Below, piece after piece: positions 26,114-32,140 of a stretch of 32,140 nt of DNA. The notes beneath the pieces were generated by a model that was given only the letters and a program-made list of their open reading frames with translations, was not told the origin of the DNA and did not search any database. Source of the stretch: Granulosicoccus sp. Its GTDB lineage: Bacteria > Pseudomonadota > Gammaproteobacteria > Pseudomonadales > Natronospirillaceae. The stretch is from the NCBI GenBank assembly GCA_047618105.1, contig JBLHFL010000001.1:1-32140 (forward strand), in the 5' to 3' direction. The position numbers and the translations under genes are program-made. The first letter of the stretch is position 1, and each line of letters starts with the position of its first letter.

Positions 26114-26878
26114 ATGACTAGTGCACAGCTCAAACCTCTGGTCGGGGTTATTTCCGACGTACAGCAAATCGGACCCCACCTATTCCATACCGCCGGCGAT
26201 AAGTACTTACGAGCCTTAACACTCGCCGCCGACGTTATCCCGGTCATCATTCCCGCGGTACTCGACGACCAGGCCATCGATCAGTGGCTGGCCCGGCTCG
26301 ATGGCATCTTTCTAACCGGCGCCTATTCGATGATCGATCCGGCACACTATCAGGAAAGCAAGATCGACAAGCCCTACGACTATGACGCCGCGCGTGATGA
26401 CAGCGCCTTTCAAATCGTGCGCGCGGTGATACGCAGCAACATCCCGCTTTTAGGAGTGTGCCGAGGCTTGCAAGACATTAATGTGGCCCTCGGCGGTTCG
26501 TTACACCAGGCGGTGCAAGAGGTTGCTGGCAAGGCCGACCATCGTGAAAACAAGGCAGAGACGCTCGAGCAGCAGTTTGCGCCGCGCCATTCGGTACAGC
26601 TGAGTGGCCAAGGTCGGCTGAAAGACATCTACGGCTGTGAAACGATGCAGATTAACTCGGTGCATTCCCAGGGTATTAATCGGCTGGCAGATGGGCTAGT
26701 CGCAGAAGCCACGGCACCGGACGGCCTCGTCGAGGCCGCGCGGATCGAGGCCATGTCATTTGGTTTTGCTGTACAATGGCATCCGGAATGGCAAGTCATG
26801 GAAAACCCCACTCAACAACAACTATTCGAGGCCTTTGGCGAAGCGTGTCGTGCGCGTCAGTCAATCGAAAACAGATGA
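26114..26878 (+). CDS. puuD: Gamma-glutamyl-GABA hydrolase (peptidase C26; PuuD/SpuA)
   Basis: GDKY, LDGIFLTG, GVCRG nucleophile elbow, NSVHSQG, VQWHPEW. Confidence 0.9.
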   Translation: MTSAQLKPLVGVISDVQQIGPHLFHTAGDKYLRALTLAADVIPVIIPAVLDDQAIDQWLARLDGIFLTGAYSMIDPAHYQESKIDKPYDYDAARDDSAFQIVRAVIRSNIPLLGVCRGLQDINVALGGSLHQAVQEVAGKADHRENKAETLEQQFAPRHSVQLSGQGRLKDIYGCETMQINSVHSQGINRLADGLVAEATAPDGLVEAARIEAMSFGFAVQWHPEWQVMENPTQQQLFEAFGEACRARQSIENR

Positions 26879-28227
26879 AAGAGCTTACCAAGTGGTTAGA
26901 AACCAATAAGATCACTGAAATAGAATGCATCACACCCGACCAGACCGGCATTGCGCGCGGTAAAATTATGCCGACCGATAAGTTTATTGCTGAAAAAGGC
27001 ATTCGCTTACCCGAAAGTGTGCTGATGCAAACCACCACTGGGGATTATCCCGATAACGAGGTCTACTATCGGCTGCTCGATCCGCAAGATATCGATATGG
27101 AATTGCGCCCCGATGAGAAGGCGGCCTTTACCGTACCCTGGGCCCAAGAGCCGTCTGCACAGATTATTCACGACTGCTACGACAGCATGGGCAACCTGAT
27201 GCCGCTGTCGTCGCGTGCCGTTCTGAAAAACGTCCTAAAGCTCTATGAAGACAAAGGCTGGTTGGCCATCGTTGCGCCAGAGGTTGAGTTTTATCTCACC
27301 AAACGCTGCACCGATCCGGATATTCCGCTGGAGCCACCGATCGGTCGGTCCGGCCGCCAGGAAAGCGGTCGGCAAAGCTTCAGCATCGATGCGGCCAACG
27401 AATTCGATCCAATCATTGAGGACATCTATGATTGGTGCGAAGACATGCATTTGGACATCGACACCCTGATTCACGAAGAGGGGGCCGCTCAGTTGGAGTT
27501 CAACTTCCGCCATGGCGAAGCGCTCAGACTGGCCGACCAGGTATTTATCTTCAAACGCACGGTGCGCGAAGCCGCGCTGAAACATGGCATTGGTGCGACC
27601 TTTATGGCCAAGCCGATCTCCGGTGAACCGGGCAGTTCAATGCATATCCATCAATCATTAACCGATGCTAAATCCGGCGCCAATCTGTTTTCCAATAAGG
27701 ATGGCTCAGCGTCGAATTTGTTTTACAACTACATTGGCGGCCTGCAAACCTATATTCCGCAGATGATGCCGATTTTCGCCCCCAACGTGAACAGCTATCG
27801 TCGGTATTTGCCTGGCGCTAATGGCAATGCACCGGTCAATATCGAATGGGGTGAAGACAATCGCACCGTCGGCTTGCGGGTGCCTAAGGCAAGCCCTGCG
27901 GCGCGGCGCGTTGAAAACCGGCTGCCCGGTGCCGACACCAACCCCTACCTCACTCTGGCCGGAAACCTACTATGCGGATATCTGGGTATGACACAAGATC
28001 TCAAACCTCGCAAACCCGTACAGTACCGCATGGGCGGTGAAGCCGATGAGACGGTGCCTTGGAACCTGGAGGCCGCACTCGATGAGATGGCCTCTTCAGA
28101 GGTTATCCGCGACGCCCTGGGCACGAAGTTTGTTGACGGCTTTGTGGCCACTCGATGGGCCGAATATGAGGGTTTCAAACGCGTAATCAGCTCTTGGGAG
28201 CGGCAATACTTGCTCGCAACCGTTTAA
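26875..28227 (+). CDS. Second glutamine synthetase-like gamma-glutamylpolyamine synthetase (SpuB/PauA-like)
   Basis: DQTGIARGK, APEVEFYL, GRQSFSIDAANEFD, HEEGAAQLE, GSSMHIH, WGEDNRT, RVENR; ATGA-coupled to puuD as in Pseudomonas spuAB. Confidence 0.88.
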   Translation: MKELTKWLETNKITEIECITPDQTGIARGKIMPTDKFIAEKGIRLPESVLMQTTTGDYPDNEVYYRLLDPQDIDMELRPDEKAAFTVPWAQEPSAQIIHDCYDSMGNLMPLSSRAVLKNVLKLYEDKGWLAIVAPEVEFYLTKRCTDPDIPLEPPIGRSGRQESGRQSFSIDAANEFDPIIEDIYDWCEDMHLDIDTLIHEEGAAQLEFNFRHGEALRLADQVFIFKRTVREAALKHGIGATFMAKPISGEPGSSMHIHQSLTDAKSGANLFSNKDGSASNLFYNYIGGLQTYIPQMMPIFAPNVNSYRRYLPGANGNAPVNIEWGEDNRTVGLRVPKASPAARRVENRLPGADTNPYLTLAGNLLCGYLGMTQDLKPRKPVQYRMGGEADETVPWNLEAALDEMASSEVIRDALGTKFVDGFVATRWAEYEGFKRVISSWERQYLLATV

Positions 28228-28541
28228 CCCACAATGGGCTTGAGTCTCGCTTGCGACGCCGTTGAACCGCCATCTGGTCGGCTCGAGCCAAGCGTCAATA
28301 CCATCTGGCGAGCGGGTTTTCAACAGGCCTTCTCAATCTAAAGTATCATCGGCACCGTATGGTCTGTGCAGTCATTGATGACCGCCAGCAGGCCGAGTCA
28401 ATGCCGACGCCTGAGCGCATAGCGCAACTTGCAATTCACGCAAAATAATTGAAGACGAAACACCGATTGGCCAGTTATGCTTGGCCATCGGTTCCGCTCT
28501 TCACAGCGTATGAACCACTCTACCTTTTTCGGATTTTAACG

Positions 28542-29522
28542 ATGACGGATACTTTTGATCAATATTCCAGCGGCGACCTTGCCTTTACGCGCCAGTCACC
28601 CTACGGCACAGAAATTGAAGCCATGTATGCAGGCGCCACCAGCTTTTTGCGTCGGCGTTACACCCGTGACCTAACAGATGTCGATGTCGCAGTGATCGGT
28701 GTGCCCTATGATCTGGCCACCTCGAACCGACCCGGTGCCCGACTCGGGCCTCGGGCGGTGCGGGCAGCCTCGACCCAGCTAAGTTGGGCCCGGCCCTGGC
28801 CCTGGACCACCGACCCATTCAATACGCTGAATGTAATCGATTTTGGTGACTGCGTGTTCGACCCCGGCTCGCCCCATACCGTGGTCGACCAGATCGCACA
28901 ATGGTATCAGCCGATCATTGCGGCCGGGGTTACGCCGCTGTCGATTGGCGGTGACCATTTCATCACCTACCCGATCTTAAAAGCCTTGGCGGACAAACAT
29001 GGTCCCATCTCATTGATTCATTTCGATGCCCACAGCGATACCTGGCCAGACCGCAAGGGGCGCATCGATCACGGCACCATGTTCTACCATGCCGCCAAAG
29101 AAGGCATAGTGGACCCGCACAGTTCCGTGCAACTGGGCATGCGCACGATCAATGATTCCAATCTCGGTTACACCGTTCTGGATGCGCTCTGGTTGCACGA
29201 ACAGGGTGTCGACAAGGCCTTGGCGATAATCAAAAAGACGGTCGGGGATCGGCCCTGCTATATCACCTTCGACGTCGATTTTCTCGACCCAAGCTGTGCC
29301 CCCGGCACCGGCACGCCAGTCTGCGGTGGCTTCGACACGATCACCGGCATACGCTTGCTGCATGGCCTGACCGGCCTGAATCTGATCGGCTGTGATGTGG
29401 TCGAGGTGGCCCCGCCCTATGATCATGCCGAGATCACCGCCCTGGCTGCGGCGACTATGGCGACCAATATGATCTGCCTCTTGGCCGATGTCCTCAAGAA
29501 GCCGGAAGCCCCGGCCGATTGA
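28542..29522 (+). CDS. speB: Agmatinase (ureohydrolase family)
   Basis: GVPYD..RPGAR.GP, GGDH, DAHSD, HGT, TFDVDFLDP..APGTGTP, DVVEV; polyamine context. Confidence 0.85.
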   Translation: MTDTFDQYSSGDLAFTRQSPYGTEIEAMYAGATSFLRRRYTRDLTDVDVAVIGVPYDLATSNRPGARLGPRAVRAASTQLSWARPWPWTTDPFNTLNVIDFGDCVFDPGSPHTVVDQIAQWYQPIIAAGVTPLSIGGDHFITYPILKALADKHGPISLIHFDAHSDTWPDRKGRIDHGTMFYHAAKEGIVDPHSSVQLGMRTINDSNLGYTVLDALWLHEQGVDKALAIIKKTVGDRPCYITFDVDFLDPSCAPGTGTPVCGGFDTITGIRLLHGLTGLNLIGCDVVEVAPPYDHAEITALAAATMATNMICLLADVLKKPEAPAD

Positions 29523-29543
29523 CGCGCACAATCGTCAGCCATT

Positions 29544-29573
29544 AAAAAAGGGCCCCTAGGGGCCCTTTTTTTT
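29544..29573. terminator. Bidirectional rho-independent terminator
   Basis: AAAAAAGGGCCCCTAGGGGCCCTTTTTTTT between convergent speB and ybiT. Confidence 0.93.
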
Positions 29574-29600
29574 ACCAACTTTTGTCGCTCCGATGCCCTA

Positions 29601-31205
29601 TTAGGCAACGCGCCGTTTGGCTTCTTGGCTGGCCAAGTATTCATCATAGCTGCCCTGGAAGTTAATCACTTCCCGGTCGGCTATTTCGATCACCCGAGTC
29701 GCCAAGGAGGAGACGAAAGCGCGGTCGTGGCTGACAAAGATCAGGGTGCCATCGAATTCCTTCAAGGCAACGTTGAGCGCTTCAATAGCTTCGATGTCCA
29801 AGTGGTTGGTTGGCTCATCCATGATCAGGACGTTGATGTCCATCATCATCAATTTACCAAAGAGCAGGCGGTTTTTCTCACCACCGGAACAGACCTTGGC
29901 TTTTTTATTGAAGTCATCGGCGGTAAACAACAGACGACCGAGCATGCCGCGAATCATCAGATCATCGTGTTTGGGCGTACGCCATTGCGACATCCAGTCA
30001 AACAACGTCAGATCGCAGTTGAAGTCTTCGGTGCTGTCCTGCGGGCAGTAACCGATGGTGGCGTTTTCGGCCCATTTGACAACGCCGCCGTTGGCCTGCA
30101 GATCGCCGATCAGGCAACGCAAGAAGGTCGTCTTACCGGCACCGTTTTCGCCGATCACCGCCAGCTTAGCGCCGGCTTCCAAAATCAGATTGCCGTTGTC
30201 AAACAGCGACGACTTGTCGAAGCCATGACTCAAGTCCTCCAGCACCAGCGCCTGACGGTAGAGCTTCTTGTCTTGCTTCAGGCTGATGCTCGGCGTCGCT
30301 CGGCTGGAGGATTTCACCTCGTCGAGCTTGATCTTGTCCATCTTCTTGGCACGTGAACTGGCCTGTTTGGCTTTGGAGGCGTTCGCCGAGAAGCGATTGA
30401 CAAAGCTTTGTAACTCGTCGATCTCAGCGCTTTTCTTAGCATTTTCGGTTAACAGCTGCTCTTGGATCAGCGAAGATGCCGCGGTATAGGCTTCGTAGTT
30501 ACCCGGATAAACGCGCAATTCGCCATAATCGATATCAGCCATATGGGTACAGACCGAGTTCAAAAAGTGTCGATCGTGGGAAATAATGATCATGGTGCAT
30601 TTGCGCTGATTGAGGACATCGGCCAGCCAGTTAATAGTATGGATGTCCAAGTTGTTGGTCGGTTCGTCGAGCAACAGTATATCCGGATTGGCAAACAGGG
30701 CCTGGGCCAATAACACCCGGAGCTTCCAACCCGGTGCTACCTGCTTCATCAAACCAAAGTGGAGCGATTCATCGATACCGGCCTGCAACAGAATTTCGCC
30801 GGCACGGCTCTCAGCGGTGTAGCCATCCATCTCGGCGAATTCAATTTCCAATTCGGCCACAGCCATGCCATCGGCCTCGGTCATATCGGGCTTGGCATAA
30901 ATCCGGTCGCGCGCCTGCTTCACTTTCCACAGGCCGGCATCGCCCATAATGACCGCATCAACTACCGAATACTCTTCGAAAGCAAACTGATCCTGGCTCA
31001 GATTACCGATTCGGTCACCCGGGGTAATGGATACATTGCCCGAGGTCGGGATCAGCTCGCCGCTGAGGATCTTCATAAAGGTAGACTTACCGCAACCGTT
31101 CGCCCCAATTAAGCCATACCGGTTACCGTGACCAAATTTAGCGGAAATGTTTTCAAAAAGTGGCTCGGCGCCGAACTGCATGGTGATGTTTGCGGTAGAT
31201 ATCAC
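29601..31205 (-). CDS. ybiT: ABC-F family ribosome-associated ATPase
   Basis: GTG start giving [12 protein letters not shown]; two NBDs ([16 protein letters not shown]), VAPGWKLR signature, no TM segments. Confidence 0.9.
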   Translation of the reverse strand: MISTANITMQFGAEPLFENISAKFGHGNRYGLIGANGCGKSTFMKILSGELIPTSGNVSITPGDRIGNLSQDQFAFEEYSVVDAVIMGDAGLWKVKQARDRIYAKPDMTEADGMAVAELEIEFAEMDGYTAESRAGEILLQAGIDESLHFGLMKQVAPGWKLRVLLAQALFANPDILLLDEPTNNLDIHTINWLADVLNQRKCTMIIISHDRHFLNSVCTHMADIDYGELRVYPGNYEAYTAASSLIQEQLLTENAKKSAEIDELQSFVNRFSANASKAKQASSRAKKMDKIKLDEVKSSSRATPSISLKQDKKLYRQALVLEDLSHGFDKSSLFDNGNLILEAGAKLAVIGENGAGKTTFLRCLIGDLQANGGVVKWAENATIGYCPQDSTEDFNCDLTLFDWMSQWRTPKHDDLMIRGMLGRLLFTADDFNKKAKVCSGGEKNRLLFGKLMMMDINVLIMDEPTNHLDIEAIEALNVALKEFDGTLIFVSHDRAFVSSLATRVIEIADREVINFQGSYDEYLASQEAKRRVA

Positions 31206-31268
31206 TGAATTTATCCTGGGAAGAGGCGAATTGGGCCGCGTCGGCTTAAGCCGACGCAAGGGGCGGCG

Positions 31269-31297
31269 ACTATAAAGAAAGGTGCGCCCAATGTCGA
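31269..31297 (-). promoter_or_regulatory. sigma70 promoter of ybiT with GC-rich discriminator
   Basis: Minus strand TCGACA-17 nt-TATAGT followed by CGCCGCCC. Confidence 0.6.
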
Positions 31298-31384
31298 TAG
31301 GGGTTGGTTATAAAATAGACAAAAATCCACCTTCAACTCGGCAGAACAGGCCTGAGAGTAAGTAGAACAAAAACAGTGGCCAGG

Positions 31385-32140
31385 CTAGAAGCCGAACTTA
31401 TCGCGCAGCCCGTAATAGAGGGCGCCAAGCGCCGTATAGGGCGTGCGCAGCAAGCGACCCCCGGGGAACGGAAAGTGTTTCAGTTTGGCGAAGGCATCAA
31501 AGCGTTGCGGATGCCCCTGGATCGCCTCGCACACCAGTCGCCCGGCCAGATGGGTGGTGGTGACGCCATGGCCGCTGTAGCCTTGGGCATAGAGGATGGT
31601 ATCAGTCAAACGGCCAAACTGCGGCAGCCGACTCATGGTCAAGAGGAAGTCGCCACCCCAAGCGTAATCGAACTTGACGCCCTTTAGTTGCGGGAAGGTT
31701 GTTTCCATCTGACGGCGCATAAAGGCTTCGATCGAGGCCGGATCGCCACCGCCATAGGTCACGCCACCGCCATACAACAAGCGGTTGTCACCGGTGACCC
31801 GGTAATAATCGAGCTTGTAGTTACAGTCTTCGACACAGTATTGGTTCGGCAACAGGGATCGGGCCAGTTCAGGATCGAGCACCTCGGTCGCGACGATCTG
31901 CGTACCACAGGGCATCGATTTGGCGGCCAGCTCGGGTATCAGCTGATCCATATAGGCATTACCGGCCAGCAAGACATAGTTAGCGGTAACCTGGCCCTGG
32001 GCGGTTTTCACCACGGGCCGCACGCTGCGCTCAATCTCGATCACCTTTGAGTCTTCAAAGACTTGCCCACCCAAGCCTTCAAAAGCAGCCACTTCACCCA
32101 GCAGCAGGTTGAGCGGCTGAATATGGCCGCCGGTCGCGTC
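31385..32140 (-). CDS. puuB: Second PuuB-family gamma-glutamylputrescine oxidase (5'-truncated by the window edge)
   Basis: Frame is open to 32140 (DATGGHIQPLNL..); SMPCGTQIVATE, CVEDCNYKLDYYR, WGG, GYSGHG, FPGG. Confidence 0.85.
   Translation of the reverse strand, partial: DATGGHIQPLNLLLGEVAAFEGLGGQVFEDSKVIEIERSVRPVVKTAQGQVTANYVLLAGNAYMDQLIPELAAKSMPCGTQIVATEVLDPELARSLLPNQYCVEDCNYKLDYYRVTGDNRLLYGGGVTYGGGDPASIEAFMRRQMETTFPQLKGVKFDYAWGGDFLLTMSRLPQFGRLTDTILYAQGYSGHGVTTTHLAGRLVCEAIQGHPQRFDAFAKLKHFPFPGGRLLRTPYTALGALYYGLRDKFGF

Noticed and set aside
24209-28227. True glutamine synthetase (glnA)
   Set aside because: Both lack the YEAP flap glutamate and sit with puuD/puuR rather than ntrBC
29625-30356. 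243-aa + strand ORF and other long antisense or alternate-frame ORFs (e.g. 16371-16952, 14043-14567, 29010-29531)
   Set aside because: They are shadows of well-conserved genes in GC-rich DNA and carry no recognisable motifs

Overview
Chromosomal window from a moderately GC-rich gammaproteobacterium (a marine Oceanospirillales/Alteromonadales-like host is my inference from gene content and protein style). Left to right: a YtrA/GntR-regulated ABC exporter operon ending in an unannotated 41-aa membrane peptide; a two-gene ergothioneine module (egtB with the type-II NSYY motif, plus egtD); an 8-oxoguanine deaminase-like amidohydrolase preceded by a ~150-nt predicted rod-like RNA structure; gabD; a complete ~11-kb group 3b [NiFe]-hydrogenase (sulfhydrogenase) cluster (hypA, hypBFCDE, beta-gamma-delta-alpha subunits, endopeptidase) with an FNR/ANR-like box between hypA and hypB; and a gamma-glutamylation polyamine catabolism region (puuR, two puuB, two puuA-like synthetases, puuD, agmatinase) with PuuR-like operators. 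The polyamine region is interrupted by a carboxymuconolactone decarboxylase-family gene, an orphan minimal flagellin, an unknown exported protein and the ABC-F ATPase ybiT. No rRNA, tRNA, CRISPR array, integrase or transposase was seen. The best candidates for new biology are the structured leader of the deaminase, the hydrogenase block sitting between gabD and the puu genes, the orphan flagellin with its exported neighbour, and the microprotein. All family assignments rest on motif recognition by eye; no searches were run.
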